Shown: positions 36,211-51,400 of the stretch, in pieces | Numbering within the stretch: position 1 is the stretch's first letter | Layout of the letters: each line of letters opens with the position of its first letter | Source: the human T2T-CHM13v2.0 reference genome, Homo sapiens | Reading direction: 5' to 3' (one strand) | NCBI RefSeq assembly: GCF_009914755.1 | Contig: NC_060937.1 | DNA length: 64,000 nt | The notes under the pieces: generated by a model | Told to the model about the DNA's origin: nothing | Seen by the model: only the letters and a program-made list of their open reading frames with translations | The model's database searches: none | Position numbers and translations under genes: made by a program

Positions 36211-39200
36211 AACAAGTTTCTGAGAATGCTTCTGTCTATTTTTTATGGGAAGATATTTCCTTTTTCACCGTAGGCGTCAAGGCGATCGAAATGTCCACTT
36301 CCACAAACTACAAAAAGAGTGTTTCAAACCTGCTCTATGAAAGGCCATGTTCATCTCTATGAGTCGAATGGAAATATCCGAAAGAAATTTCTGGGAATGC
36401 TGCTGTCTAGTTTTTATACGAATTCCCGCTTCCAACGAAATCCTCAAAGCAATCCAAATATCCACTTGCAGAATCCACAAAAAGAGTGTTTCAAAACTGC
36501 TCTATCAATAGAAAGGTTCAACTCTTTTAGTTGAGTACACACATCACAAACAAGTTTCTGAGAATGCTTCTGTCTGGCTTTTATTGGAAGACGTTTCCTT
36601 TTCACCAAAGGCATCAAAGCGCTCCAAATGTCCACTTCCAGATTCTTCCAAAAGAGTGTTTGAAACGTGCTCAAAGTAAGGGAATGTTCAACTCTGTGAC
36701 TTGAATGCAGATATCACCAAGTAGTTTCTAATAGTGCTTCTGTCTAGATTTTAGATGATGATATTCCCGTTTCCAACGAAATCGTTAGAGCTATCCAAAT
36801 ATCCACTTACAGTTGCTACAAAAACAGTGTTTCCAAACTGCTGCATCAAAAGAAAGGTTCAACTCTGTTAGTTGAGGACACACGTCACAAAGAAGTTTGT
36901 GAGAATGCTTCTGTCTAGATTTTGTATGACGATATTCCCTTTTCCAACGATATCGTTAAAGCAATCTAAATATCCATTTGCAGAATCCACAAAAATAGAG
37001 TTTCAAAGCTGCTCTGTAAAAAGAAAGGTTCCACTCTGTTAGCTGAGTACACACATCACAAACTTGTTTCTCAGAATCCTTCTGTCTCGTTTTTATGGGA
37101 AGATATTTACTTTTTCACCGTAGGCATCAAAGCGCTCCAAATGTCCACATCCAGATACTCCAGAAAGAGTGTTTCAAACCTGCTCTATGAAAGGGAATCT
37201 TCAACTCTATGAGTTGAATGCAGACATCAGAAAGAAATTTCTGAGAATGCTGCTGTCTACCTTTTATTTGAATTCCCGCTTCCAACGAAATCCTCCAAGC
37301 TATCCAAATATCCACTTGCAGATTCCACAAAAAGAGTGTTTCAAAACTGCTCTCTATCAATGGCAAAGTTCAACTCTGTTAGTTGAGGACACATATCACC
37401 AACAAGTTTCTGAGAATGCTTCTGTCTATTTTTTATGGGAAGATATTTCCTTTTTCACCGTAGGCGTCAAGGCGATCGAAATGTCCACTTCCACAAACTA
37501 CAAAAAGAGTGTTTCAAACCTGCTCTATGAAAGGCCATGTTCATCTCTATGAGTCGAATGGAAATATCCGAAAGAAATTTCTGGGAATGCTGCTGTCTAG
37601 TTTTTATACGAATTCCCGCTTCCAACGAAATCCTCAAAGCAATCCAAATATCCACTTGCAGAATCCACAAAAAGAGTGTTTCAAAACTGCTCTATCAATA
37701 GAAAGGTTCAACTCTTTTAGTTGAGTACACACATCACAAACAAGTTTCTGAGAATGCTTCTGTCTGGCTTTTATTGGAAGACGTTTCCTTTTCACCAAAG
37801 GCATCAAAGCGCTCCAAATGTCCACTTCCAGATTCTTCCAAAAGAGTGTTTGAAACGTGCTCAAAGTAAGGGAATGTTCAACTCTGTGACTTGAATGCAG
37901 ATATCACCAAGTAGTTTCTAATAGTGCTTCTGTCTAGATTTTAGATGATGATATTCCCGTTTCCAACGAAATCGTTAGAGCTATCCAAATATCCACTTAC
38001 AGTTTCTACAAAAAGAGTGTTTCCAAACTGCTGCATCAAAAGAAAGGTTCAACTCTGTTAGTTGAGGACACACATCACAAAGAAGTTTGTGAGAATGCTT
38101 CTGTCTAGATTTTGTATGACCATATTCCCTTTTCCAGCGATATCATTAAAGCAATCTAAATATCCATTTGCAGAATCCACAAAAATAGAGTTTCAAAGCT
38201 GCTCTGTAAAAAGAAAGGTTCCACTCTGTTAGCTGAGTACACACATCACAAACTTGTTTCTCAGAATCCTTCTGTCTCGTTTTTCTGGGAAGATATTTAC
38301 TTTTTCACCATAGGCATCAAAGCGCTCCAAATGTCCACATCCAGATACTCCAGAAAGAGTGTTTCAAACCTGCTCTATGAAAGGGAATCTTCAACTCTAT
38401 GAGTTGAATGCAGACATCAGAAAGAAATTTCTGAGAATGCTGCTGTCTACCTTTTATTTGAATTCCCGCTTCCAACGAAATCCTCCAAGCTATCCAAATA
38501 TCCACCTGCATTTTCCACAAAAAGAGCGTTTCAAAACTGCTCTATCAATAGAAATGTTCAACTCCTTTGGCTGGGTACACACATCACAAACAAGTTTCTG
38601 AGAATGCTTCTGTCTAGTTTTTATGGGAAGACATTCCCTTTTTCACCAAAGGCATCAAAGCGCTCCAAATGTCCACTTCCAGACACTACAAAAAGAGTGT
38701 TTCCAACGTGCTCTAAGAAAGCGAATGTTCAACTCTGTGACTTGAATGCAGATATCACAAAGTAGTTTCTGAGAGGGCTTCTGTCTAGATTTTAGATGAT
38801 GATATTCCCGTTTCCAACGAAATCATTAGAGCTATCCAAATATCCACTTACAGTTTCTACAAAAAGAGTGTTTCCAAACTGCTGCATCAAAAGAGAGGTT
38901 CCACTCTGTTAGCTGAGTACACACATCACAAACTTGTTTCTCAGAATCCTTCTGTCTCGTTTTTCTGGGAAGATATTTACTTTTTCACCGTAGGCATCAA
39001 AGCGCTCCAAATGTCCACATCCAGATACTCCAGAAAGAGTGTTTCAAACCTGCTCTATGAAAGGGAATCTTCAACTCTATGAGTTGAATGCAGACATCAG
39101 AAAGAAATTTCTGAGAATGCTGCTGTCTACCTTTTATTTGAATTCCCGCTTCCAACGAAATCCTCCAAGCTATCCAAATATCCACTTGCAGATTCCACAA

Positions 39201-42200
39201 AAAGAGTGTTTCAAAACTGCTCTCTATCAATGGCAAAGTTCAACTCTGTTAGTTGAGGACACATATCACCAACAAGTTTCTGAGAATGCTTCTGTCTATT
39301 TTTTATGGGAAGATATTTCCTTTTTCACCGTAGGCGTCAAGGCGATCGAAATGTCCACTTCCACAAACTACAAAAAGAGTGTTTCAAACCTGCTCTATGA
39401 AAGGCCATGTTCATCTCTATGAGTCGAATGGAAATATCCGAAAGAAATTTCTGGGAATGCTGCTGTCTAGTTTTTATACGAATTCCCGCTTCCAACGAAA
39501 TCCTCAAAGCAATCCAAATATCCACTTGCAGAATCCACAAAAAGAGTGTTTCAAAACTGCTCTATCAATAGAAAGGTTCAACTCTTTTAGTTGAGTACAC
39601 ACATCACAAACAAGTTTCTGAGAATGCTTCTGTCTGGCTTTTATTGGAAGACGTTTCCTTTTCACCAAAGGCATCAAAGCGCTCCAAATGTCCACTTCCA
39701 GATTCTTCCAAAAGAGTGTTTGAAACGTGCTCAAAGTAAGGGAATGTTCAACTCTGTGACTTGAATGCAGATATCACCAAGTAGTTTCTAATAGTGCTTC
39801 TGTCTAGATTTTAGATGATGATATTCCCGTTTCCAACGAAATCGTTAGAGCTATCCAAATATCCACTTACAGTTGCTACAAAAACAGTGTTTCCAAACTG
39901 CTGCATCAAAAGAAAGGTTCAACTCTGTTAGTTGAGGACACACGTCACAAAGAAGTTTGTGAGAATGCTTCTGTCTAGATTTTGTATGACGATATTCCCT
40001 TTTCCAACGATATCATTAAAGCAATCTAAATATCCATTTGCAGAATCCACAAAAATAGAGTTTCAAAGCTGCTCTGTAAAAAGAAAGGTTCCACTCTGTT
40101 AGCTGAGTACACACATCACAAACTTGTTTCTCAGAATCCTTCTGTCTCGTTTTTATGGGAAGATATTTACTTTTTCACCGTAGGCATCAAAGCGCTCCAA
40201 ATGTCCACATCCAGATACTCCAGAAAGAGTGTTTCAAACCTGCTCTATGAAAGGGAATCTTCAACTCTATGAGTTGAATGCAGACATCAGAAAGAAATTT
40301 CTGAGAATGCTGCTGTCTACCTTTTATTTGAATTCCCGCTTCCAACGAAATCCTCCAAGCTATCCAAATATCCACTTGCAGATTCCACAAAAAGAGTGTT
40401 TCAAAACTGCTCTCTATCAATGGCAAAGTTCAACTCTGTTAGTTGAGGACACATATCACCAACAAGTTTCTGAGAATGCTTCTGTCTATTTTTTATGGGA
40501 AGATATTTCCTTTTTCACCGTAGGCGTCAAGGCGATCGAAATGTCCACTTCCACAAACTACAAAAAGAGTGTTTCAAACCTGCTCTATGAAAGGCCATGT
40601 TCATCTCTATGAGTCGAATGGAAATATCCGAAAGAAATTTCTGGGAATGCTGCTGTCTAGTTTTTATACGAATTCCCGCTTCCAACGAAATCCTCAAAGC
40701 AATCCAAATATCCACTTGCAGAATCCACAAAAAGAGTGTTTCAAAACTGCTCTATCAATAGAAAGGTTCAACTCTTTTAGTTGAGTACACACATCACAAA
40801 CAAGTTTCTGAGAATGCTTCTGTCTGGCTTTTATTGGAAGACGTTTCCTTTTCACCAAAGGCATCAAAGCGCTCCAAATGTCCACTTCCAGATTCTTCCA
40901 AAAGAGTGTTTGAAACGTGCTCAAAGTAAGGGAATGTTCAACTCTGTGACTTGAATGCAGATATCACCAAGTAGTTTCTAATAGTGCTTCTGTCTAGATT
41001 TTAGATGATGATATTCCCGTTTCCAACGAAATCGTTAGAGCTATCCAAATATCCACTTACAGTTTCTACAAAAAGAGTGTTTCCAAACTGCTGCATCAAA
41101 AGAAAGGTTCAACTCTGTTAGTTGAGGACACACATCACAAAGAAGTTTGTGAGAATGCTTCTGTCTAGATTTTGTATGACCATATTCCCTTTTCCAGCGA
41201 TATCATTAAAGCAATCTAAATATCCATTTGCAGAATCCACAAAAATAGAGTTTCAAAGCTGCTCTGTAAAAAGAAAGGTTCCACTCTGTTAGCTGAGTAC
41301 ACACATCACAAACTTGTTTCTCAGAATCCTTCTGTCTCGTTTTTCTGGGAAGATATTTACTTTTTCACCATAGGCATCAAAGCGCTCCAAATGTCCACAT
41401 CCAGATACTCCAGAAAGAGTGTTTCAAACCTGCTCTATGAAAGGGAATCTTCAACTCTATGAGTTGAATGCAGACATCAGAAAGAAATTTCTGAGAATGC
41501 TGCTGTCTACCTTTTATTTGAATTCCCGCTTCCAACGAAATCCTCCAAGCTATCCAAATATCCACCTGCATTTTCCACAAAAAGAGCGTTTCAAAACTGC
41601 TCTATCAATAGAAATGTTCAACTCCTTTGGCTGGGTACACACATCACAAACAAGTTTCTGAGAATGCTTCTGTCTAGTTTTTATGGGAAGACATTCCCTT
41701 TTTCACCAAAGGCATCAAAGCGCTCCAAATGTCCACTTCCAGACACTACAAAAAGAGTGTTTCCAACGTGCTCTAAGAAAGCGAATGTTCAACTCTGTGA
41801 CTTGAATGCAGATATCACAAAGTAGTTTCTGAGAGGGCTTCTGTCTAGATTTTAGATGATGATATTCCCGTTTCCAACGAAATCATTAGAGCTATCCAAA
41901 TATCCACTTACAGTTTCTACAAAAAGAGTGTTTCCAAACTGCTGCATCAAAAGAGAGGTTCCACTCTGTTAGCTGAGTACACACATCACAAACTTGTTTC
42001 TCAGAATCCTTCTGTCTCGTTTTTCTGGGAAGATATTTACTTTTTCACCGTAGGCATCAAAGCGCTCCAAATGTCCACATCCAGATACTCCAGAAAGAGT
42101 GTTTCAAACCTGCTCTATGAAAGGGAATCTTCAACTCTATGAGTTGAATGCAGACATCAGAAAGAAATTTCTGAGAATGCTGCTGTCTACCTTTTATTTG

Positions 42201-45200
42201 AATTCCCGCTTCCAACGAAATCCTCCAAGCTATCCAAATATCCACTTGCAGATTCCACAAAAAGAGTGTTTCAAAACTGCTCTCTATCAATGGCAAAGTT
42301 CAACTCTGTTAGTTGAGGACACATATCACCAACAAGTTTCTGAGAATGCTTCTGTCTATTTTTTATGGGAAGATATTTCCTTTTTCACCGTAGGCGTCAA
42401 GGCGATCGAAATGTCCACTTCCACAAACTACAAAAAGAGTGTTTCAAACCTGCTCTATGAAAGGCCATGTTCATCTCTATGAGTCGAATGGAAATATCCG
42501 AAAGAAATTTCTGGGAATGCTGCTGTCTAGTTTTTATACGAATTCCCGCTTCCAACGAAATCCTCAAAGCAATCCAAATATCCACTTGCAGAATCCACAA
42601 AAAGAGTGTTTCAAAACTGCTCTATCAATAGAAAGGTTCAACTCTTTTAGTTGAGTACACACATCACAAACAAGTTTCTGAGAATGCTTCTGTCTGGCTT
42701 TTATTGGAAGACGTTTCCTTTTCACCAAAGGCATCAAAGCGCTCCAAATGTCCACTTCCAGATTCTTCCAAAAGAGTGTTTGAAACGTGCTCAAAGTAAG
42801 GGAATGTTCAACTCTGTGACTTGAATGCAGATATCACCAAGTAGTTTCTAATAGTGCTTCTGTCTAGATTTTAGATGATGATATTCCCGTTTCCAACGAA
42901 ATCGTTAGAGCTATCCAAATATCCACTTACAGTTGCTACAAAAACAGTGTTTCCAAACTGCTGCATCAAAAGAAAGGTTCAACTCTGTTAGTTGAGGACA
43001 CACGTCACAAAGAAGTTTGTGAGAATGCTTCTGTCTAGATTTTGTATGACGATATTCCCTTTTCCAACGATATCATTAAAGCAATCTAAATATCCATTTG
43101 CAGAATCCACAAAAATAGAGTTTCAAAGCTGCTCTGTAAAAAGAAAGGTTCCACTCTGTTAGCTGAGTACACACATCACAAACTTGTTTCTCAGAATCCT
43201 TCTGTCTCGTTTTTATGGGAAGATATTTACTTTTTCACCGTAGGCATCAAAGCGCTCCAAATGTCCACATCCAGATACTCCAGAAAGAGTGTTTCAAACC
43301 TGCTCTATGAAAGGGAATCTTCAACTCTATGAGTTGAATGCAGACATCAGAAAGAAATTTCTGAGAATGCTGCTGTCTACCTTTTATTTGAATTCCCGCT
43401 TCCAACGAAATCCTCCAAGCTATCCAAATATCCACTTGCAGATTCCACAAAAAGAGTGTTTCAAAACTGCTCTCTATCAATGGCAAAGTTCAACTCTGTT
43501 AGTTGAGGACACATATCACCAACAAGTTTCTGAGAATGCTTCTGTCTATTTTTTATGGGAAGATATTTCCTTTTTCACCGTAGGCGTCAAGGCGATCGAA
43601 ATGTCCACTTCCACAAACTACAAAAAGAGTGTTTCAAACCTGCTCTATGAAAGGCCATGTTCATCTCTATGAGTCGAATGGAAATATCCGAAAGAAATTT
43701 CTGGGAATGCTGCTGTCTAGTTTTTATACGAATTCCCGCTTCCAACGAAATCCTCAAAGCAATCCAAATATCCACTTGCAGAATCCACAAAGAGTGTTTC
43801 AAAACTGCTCTATCAATAGAAAGGTTCAACTCTTTTAGTTGAGTACACACATCACAAACAAGTTTCTGAGAATGCTTCTGTCTGGCTTTTATTGGAAGAC
43901 GTTTCCTTTTCACCAAAGGCATCAAAGCGCTCCAAATGTCCACTTCCAGATTCTTCCAAAAGAGTGTTTGAAACGTGCTCAAAGTAAGGGAATGTTCAAC
44001 TCTGTGACTTGAATGCAGATATCACCAAGTAGTTTCTAATAGTGCTTCTGTCTAGATTTTAGATGATGATATTCCCGTTTCCAACGAAATCGTTAGAGCT
44101 ATCCAAATATCCACTTACAGTTGCTACAAAAAGAGTGTTTCCAAACTGCTGCATCAAAAGAAAGGTTCAACTCTGTTAGTTGAGGACACACATCACAAAG
44201 AAGTTTGTGAGAATGCTTCTGTCTAGATTTTGTATGACCATATTCCCTTTTCCAGCGATATCATTAAAGCAATCTAAATATCCATTTGCAGAATCCACAA
44301 AAATAGAGTTTCAAAGCTGCTCTGTAAAAAGAAAGGTTCCACTCTGTTAGCTGAGTACACACATCACAAACTTGTTTCTCAGAATCCTTCTGTCTCGTTT
44401 TTCTGGGAAGATATTTACTTTTTCACCATAGGCATCAAAGCGCTCCAAATGTCCACATCCAGATACTCCAGAAAGAGTGTTTCAAACCTGCTCTATGAAA
44501 GGGAATCTTCAACTCTATGAGTTGAATGCAGACATCAGAAAGAAATTTCTGAGAATGCTGCTGTCTACCTTTTATTTGAATTCCCGCTTCCAACGAAATC
44601 CTCCAAGCTATCCAAATATCCACCTGCATTTTCCACAAAAAGAGCGTTTCAAAACTGCTCTATCAATAGAAATGTTCAACTCCTTTGGCTGGGTACACAC
44701 ATCACAAACAAGTTTCTGAGAATGCTTCTGTCTAGTTTTTATGGGAAGACATTCCCTTTTTCACCAAAGGCATCAAAGCGCTCCAAATGTCCACTTCCAG
44801 ACACTACAAAAAGAGTGTTTCCAACGTGCTCTAAGAAAGCGAATGTTCAACTCTGTGACTTGAATGCAGATATCACAAAGTAGTTTCTGAGAGGGCTTCT
44901 GTCTAGATTTTAGATGATGATATTCCCGTTTCCAACGAAATCATTAGAGCTATCCAAATATCCACTTACAGTTTCTACAAAAAGAGTGTTTCCAAACTGC
45001 TGCATCAAAAGAGAGGTTCCACTCTGTTAGCTGAGTACACACATCACAAACTTGTTTCTCAGAATCCTTCTGTCTCGTTTTTCTGGGAAGATATTTACTT
45101 TTTCACCGTAGGCATCAAAGCGCTCCAAATGTCCACATCCAGATACTCCAGAAAGAGTGTTTCAAACCTGCTCTATGAAAGGGAATCTTCAACTCTATGA

Positions 45201-48200
45201 GTTGAATGCAGACATCAGAAAGAAATTTCTGAGAATGCTGCTGTCTACCTTTTATTTGAATTCCCGCTTCCAACGAAATCCTCCAAGCTATCCAAATATC
45301 CACTTGCAGATTCCACAAAAAGAGTGTTTCAAAACTGCTCTCTATCAATGGCAAAGTTCAACTCTGTTAGTTGAGGACACATATCACCAACAAGTTTGTG
45401 AGAATGCTTCTGTCTATTTTTTATGGGAAGATATTTCCTTTTTCACCGTAGGCGTCAAGGCGATCGAAATGTCCACTTCCACAAACTACAAAAAGAGTGT
45501 TTCAAACCTGCTCTATGAAAGGCCATGTTCATCTCTATGAGTCGAATGGAAATATCCGAAAGAAATTTCTGGGAATGCTGCTGTCTAGTTTTTATACGAA
45601 TTCCCGCTTCCAACGAAATCCTCAAAGCAATCCAAATATCCACTTGCAGAATCCACAAAAAGAGTGTTTCAAAACTGCTCTATCAATAGAAAGGTTCAAC
45701 TCTTTTAGTTGAGTACACACATCACAAACAAGTTTCTGAGAATGCTTCTGTCTGGCTTTTATTGGAAGACGTTTCCTTTTCACCAAAGGCATCAAAGCGC
45801 TCCAAATGTCCACTTCCAGATTCTTCCAAAAGAGTGTTTGAAACGTGCTCAAAGTAAGGGAATGTTCAACTCTGTGACTTGAATGCAGATATCACCAAGT
45901 AGTTTCTAATAGTGCTTCTGTCTAGATTTTAGATGATGATATTCCCGTTTCCAACGAAATCGTTAGAGCTATCCAAATATCCACTTACAGTTGCTACAAA
46001 AACAGTGTTTCCAAACTGCTGCATCAAAAGAAAGGTTCAACTCTGTTAGTTGAGGACACACGTCACAAAGAAGTTTGTGAGAATGCTTCTGTCTAGATTT
46101 TGTATGACGATATTCCCTTTTCCAACGATATCGTTAAAGCAATCTAAATATCCATTTGCAGAATCCACAAAAATAGAGTTTCAAAGCTGCTCTGTAAAAA
46201 GAAAGGTTCCACTCTGTTAGCTGAGTACACACATCACAAACTTGTTTCTCAGAATCCTTCTGTCTCGTTTTTCTGGGAAGATATTTACTTTTTCACCGTA
46301 GGCATCAAAGCGCTCCAAATGTCCACATCCAGATACTCCAGAAAGAGTGTTTCAAACCTGCTCTATGAAAGGGAATCTTCAACTCTATGAGTTGAATGCA
46401 GACATCAGAAAGAAATTTCTGAGAATGCTGCTGTCTACCTTTTATTTGAATTCCCGCTTCCAACGAAATCCTCCAAGCTATCCAAATATCCACTTGCAGA
46501 TTCCACAAAAAGAGTGTTTCAAAACTGCTCTCTATCAATGGCAAAGTTCAACTCTGTTAGTTGAGGACACATATCACCAACAAGTTTCTGAGAATGCTTC
46601 TGTCTATTTTTTATGGGAAGATATTTCCTTTTTCACCGTAGGCGTCAAGGCGATCGAAATGTCCACTTCCACAAACTACAAAAAGAGTGTTTCAAACCTG
46701 CTCTATGAAAGGCCATGTTCATCTCTATGAGTCGAATGGAAATATCCGAAAGAAATTTCTGGGAATGCTGCTGTCTAGTTTTTATACGAATTCCCGCTTC
46801 CAACGAAATCCTCAAAGCAATCCAAATATCCACTTGCAGAATCCACAAAAAGAGTGTTTCAAAACTGCTCTATCAATAGAAAGGTTCAACTCTTTTAGTT
46901 GAGTACACACATCACAAACAAGTTTCTGAGAATGCTTCTGTCTGGCTTTTATTGGAAGACGTTTCCTTTTCACCAAAGGCATCAAAGCGCTCCAAATGTC
47001 CACTTCCAGATTCTTCCAAAAGAGTGTTTGAAACGTGCTCAAAGTAAGGGAATGTTCAACTCTGTGACTTGAATGCAGATATCACCAAGTAGTTTCTAAT
47101 AGTGCTTCTGTCTAGATTTTAGATGATGATATTCCCGTTTCCAACGAAATCGTTAGAGCTATCCAAATATCCACTTACAGTTTCTACAAAAAGAGTGTTT
47201 CCAAACTGCTGCATCAAAAGAAAGGTTCAACTCTGTTAGTTGAGGACACACATCACAAAGAAGTTTGTGAGAATGCTTCTGTCTAGATTTTGTATGACCA
47301 TATTCCCTTTTCCAGCGATATCATTAAAGCAATCTAAATATCCATTTGCAGAATCCACAAAAATAGAGTTTCAAAGCTGCTCTGTAAAAAGAAAGGTTCC
47401 ACTCTGTTAGCTGAGTACACACATCACAAACTTGTTTCTCAGAATCCTTCTGTCTCGTTTTTATGGGAAGATATTTACTTTTTCACCGTAGGCATCAAAG
47501 CGCTCCAAATGTCCACATCCAGATACTCCAGAAAGAGTGTTTCAAACCTGCTCTATGAAAGGGAATCTTCAACTCTATGAGTTGAATGCAGACATCAGAA
47601 AGAAATTTCTGAGAATGCTGCTGTCTACCTTTTATTTGAATTCCCGCTTCCAACGAAATCCTCCAAGCTATCCAAATATCCACCTGCATTTTCCACAAAA
47701 ATAGCGTTTCAAAACTGCTCTATCAATAGAAATGTTCAACTCCTTTGGCTGGGTACACACATCACAAACAAGTTTCTGATAATGCTTCTGTCTAGTTTTT
47801 ATGGGAAGACATTCCCTTTTTCACCAAAGGCATCAAAGCGCTCCAAATGTCCACTTCCAGACACTACAAAAAGAGTGTTTCCAACGTGCTCTAAGAAAGC
47901 GAATGTTCAACTCTGTGACTTGAATGCAGATATCACAAAGTAGTTTCTGAGAGGGCTTCTGTCTAGATTTTAGATGATGATATTCCCGTTTCCAACGAAA
48001 TCATTAGAGCTATCCAAATATCCACTTACAGTTTCTACAAAAAGAGTGTTTCCAAACTGCTGCATCAAAAGAGAGGTTCCACTCTGTTAGCTGAGTACAC
48101 ACATCACAAACTTGTTTCTCAGAATCCTTCTGTCTCGTTTTTCTGGGAAGATATTTACTTTTTCACCGTAGGCATCAAAGCGCTCCAAATGTCCACATCC

Positions 48201-48448
48201 AGATACTCCAGAAAGAGTGTTTCAAACCTGCTCTATGAAAGGGAATCTTCAACTCTATGAGTTGAATGCAGACATCAGAAAGAAATTTCTGAGAATGCTG
48301 CTGTCTACCTTTTATTTGAATTCCCGCTTCCAACGAAATCCTCCAAGCTATCCAAATATCCACTTGCAGATTCCACAAAAAGAGTGTTTCAAAACTGCTC
48401 TCTATCAATGGCAAAGTTCAACTCTGTTAGTTGAGGACACATATCACC
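36211..48448 (-). repeat. (7+11) x4 block, ~3060-bp period
   Basis: 7-mers at 36211, 39271, 42331, 45389; 11-mers at 37401, 40461, 43521 (1868 bp), 46579. Confidence 0.92.
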
Positions 48449-51400
48449 AACAAGTTTCTGAGAATGCTTCTGTCTATTTTTTATGGGAAGATATTTCCTT
48501 TTTCACCGTAGGCGTCAAGGCGATCGAAATGTCCACTTCCACAAACTACAAAAAGAGTGTTTCAAACCTGCTCTATGAAAGGCCATGTTCATCTCTATGA
48601 GTCGAATGGAAATATCCGAAAGAAATTTCTGGGAATGCTGCTGTCTAGTTTTTATACGAATTCCCGCTTCCAACGAAATCCTCAAAGCAATCCAAATATC
48701 CACTTGCAGAATCCACAAAAAGAGTGTTTCAAAACTGCTCTATCAATAGAAAGGTTCAACTCTTTTAGTTGAGTACACACATCACAAACAAGTTTCTGAG
48801 AATGCTTCTGTCTGGCTTTTATTGGAAGACGTTTCCTTTTCACCAAAGGCATCAAAGCGCTCCAAATGTCCACTTCCAGATTCTTCCAAAAGAGTGTTTG
48901 AAACGTGCTCAAAGTAAGGGAATGTTCAACTCTGTGACTTGAATGCAGATATCACCAAGTAGTTTCTAATAGTGCTTCTGTCTAGATTTTAGATGATGAT
49001 ATTCCCGTTTCCAACGAAATCGTTAGAGCTATCCAAATATCCACTTACAGTTTCTACAAAAAGAGTGTTTCCAAACTGCTGCATCAAAAGAAAGGTTCAA
49101 CTCTGTTAGTTGAGGACACACATCACAAAGAAGTTTGTGAGAATGCTTCTGTCTAGATTTTGTATGACCATATTCCCTTTTCCAGCGATATCATTAAAGC
49201 AATCTAAATATCCATTTGCAGAATCCACAAAAATAGAGTTTCAAAGCTGCTCTGTAAAAAGAAAGGTTCCACTCTGTTAGCTGAGTACACACATCACAAA
49301 CTTGTTTCTCAGAATCCTTCTGTCTCGTTTTTCTGGGAAGATATTTACTTTTTCACCGTAGGCATCAAAGCGCTCCAAATGTCCACATCCAGATACTCCA
49401 GAAAGAGTGTTTCAAACCTGCTCTATGAAAGGGAATCTTCAACTCTATGAGTTGAATGCAGACATCAGAAAGAAATTTCTGAGAATGCTGCTGTCTACCT
49501 TTTATTTGAATTCCCGCTTCCAACGAAATCCTCCAAGCTATCCAAATATCCACCTGCATTTTCCACAAAAAGAGCGTTTCAAAACTGCTCTATCAATAGA
49601 AATGTTCAACTCCTTTGGCTGGGTACACACATCACAAACAAGTTTCTGAGAATGCTTCTGTCTAGTTTTTATGGGAAGACATTCCCTTTTTCACCAAAGG
49701 CATCAAAGCGCTCCAAATGTCCACTTCCAGACACTACAAAAAGAGTGTTTCCAACGTGCTCTAAGAAAGCGAATGTTCAACTCTGTGACTTGAATGCAGA
49801 TATCACAAAGTAGTTTCTGAGAGGGCTTCTGTCTAGATTTTAGATGATGATATTCCCGTTTCCAACGAAATCATTAGAGCTATCCAAATATCCACTTACA
49901 GTTTCTACAAAAAGAGTGTTTCCAAACTGCTGCATCAAAAGAGAGGTTCCACTCTGTTAGCTGAGTACACACATCACAAACTTGTTTCTCAGAATCCTTC
50001 TGTCTCGTTTTTCTGGGAAGATATTTACTTTTTCACCGTAGGCATCAAAGCGCTCCAAATGTCCACATCCAGATACTCCAGAAAGAGTGTTTCAAACCTG
50101 CTCTATGAAAGGGAATCTTCAACTCTATGAGTTGAATGCAGACATCAGAAAGAAATTTCTGAGAATGCTGCTGTCTACCTTTTATTTGAATTCCCGCTTC
50201 CAACGAAATCCTCCAAGCTATCCAAATATCCACTTGCAGATTCCACAAAAAGAGTGTTTCAAAACTGCTCTCTATCAATGGCAAAGTTCAACTCTGTTAG
50301 TTGAGGACACATATCACCAACAAGTTTCTGAGAATGCTTCTGTCTATTTTTTATGGGAAGATATTTCCTTTTTCACCGTAGGCGTCAAGGCGATCGAAAT
50401 GTCCACTTCCACAAACTACAAAAAGAGTGTTTCAAACCTGCTCTATGAAAGGCCATGTTCATCTCTATGAGTCGAATGGAAATATCCGAAAGAAATTTCT
50501 GGGAATGCTGCTGTCTAGTTTTTATACGAATTCCCGCTTCCAACGAAATCCTCAAAGCAATCCAAATATCCACTTGCAGAATCCACAAAAAGAGTGTTTC
50601 AAAACTGCTCTATCAATAGAAAGGTTCAACTCTTTTAGTTGAGTACACACATCACAAACAAGTTTCTGAGAATGCTTCTGTCTGGCTTTTATTGGAAGAC
50701 GTTTCCTTTTCACCAAAGGCATCAAAGCGCTCCAAATGTCCACTTCCAGATTCTTCCAAAAGAGTGTTTGAAACGTGCTCAAAGTAAGGGAATGTTCAAC
50801 TCTGTGACTTGAATGCAGATATCACCAAGTAGTTTCTAATAGTGCTTCTGTCTAGATTTTAGATGATGATATTCCCGTTTCCAACGAAATCGTTAGAGCT
50901 ATCCAAATATCCACTTACAGTTGCTACAAAAACAGTGTTTCCAAACTGCTGCATCAAAAGAAAGGTTCAACTCTGTTAGTTGAGGACACACGTCACAAAG
51001 AAGTTTGTGAGAATGCTTCTGTCTAGATTTTGTATGACGATATTCCCTTTTCCAACGATATCGTTAAAGCAATCTAAATATCCATTTGCAGAATCCACAA
51101 AAATAGAGTTTCAAAGCTGCTCTGTAAAAAGAAAGGTTCCACTCTGTTAGCTGAGTACACACATCACAAACTTGTTTCTCAGAATCCTTCTGTCTCGTTT
51201 TTCTGGGAAGATATTTACTTTTTCACCGTAGGCATCAAAGCGCTCCAAATGTCCACATCCAGATACTCCAGAAAGAGTGTTTCAAACCTGCTCTATGAAA
51301 GGGAATCTTCAACTCTATGAGTTGAATGCAGACATCAGAAAGAAATTTCTGAGAATGCTGCTGTCTACCTTTTATTTGAATTCCCGCTTCCAACGAAATC

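Noticed and set aside
43587-43982. Unique 131-aa minus-strand ORF
   Set aside because: Fusion of two artefactual ORFs by the 2-bp deletion at 43789-43791.
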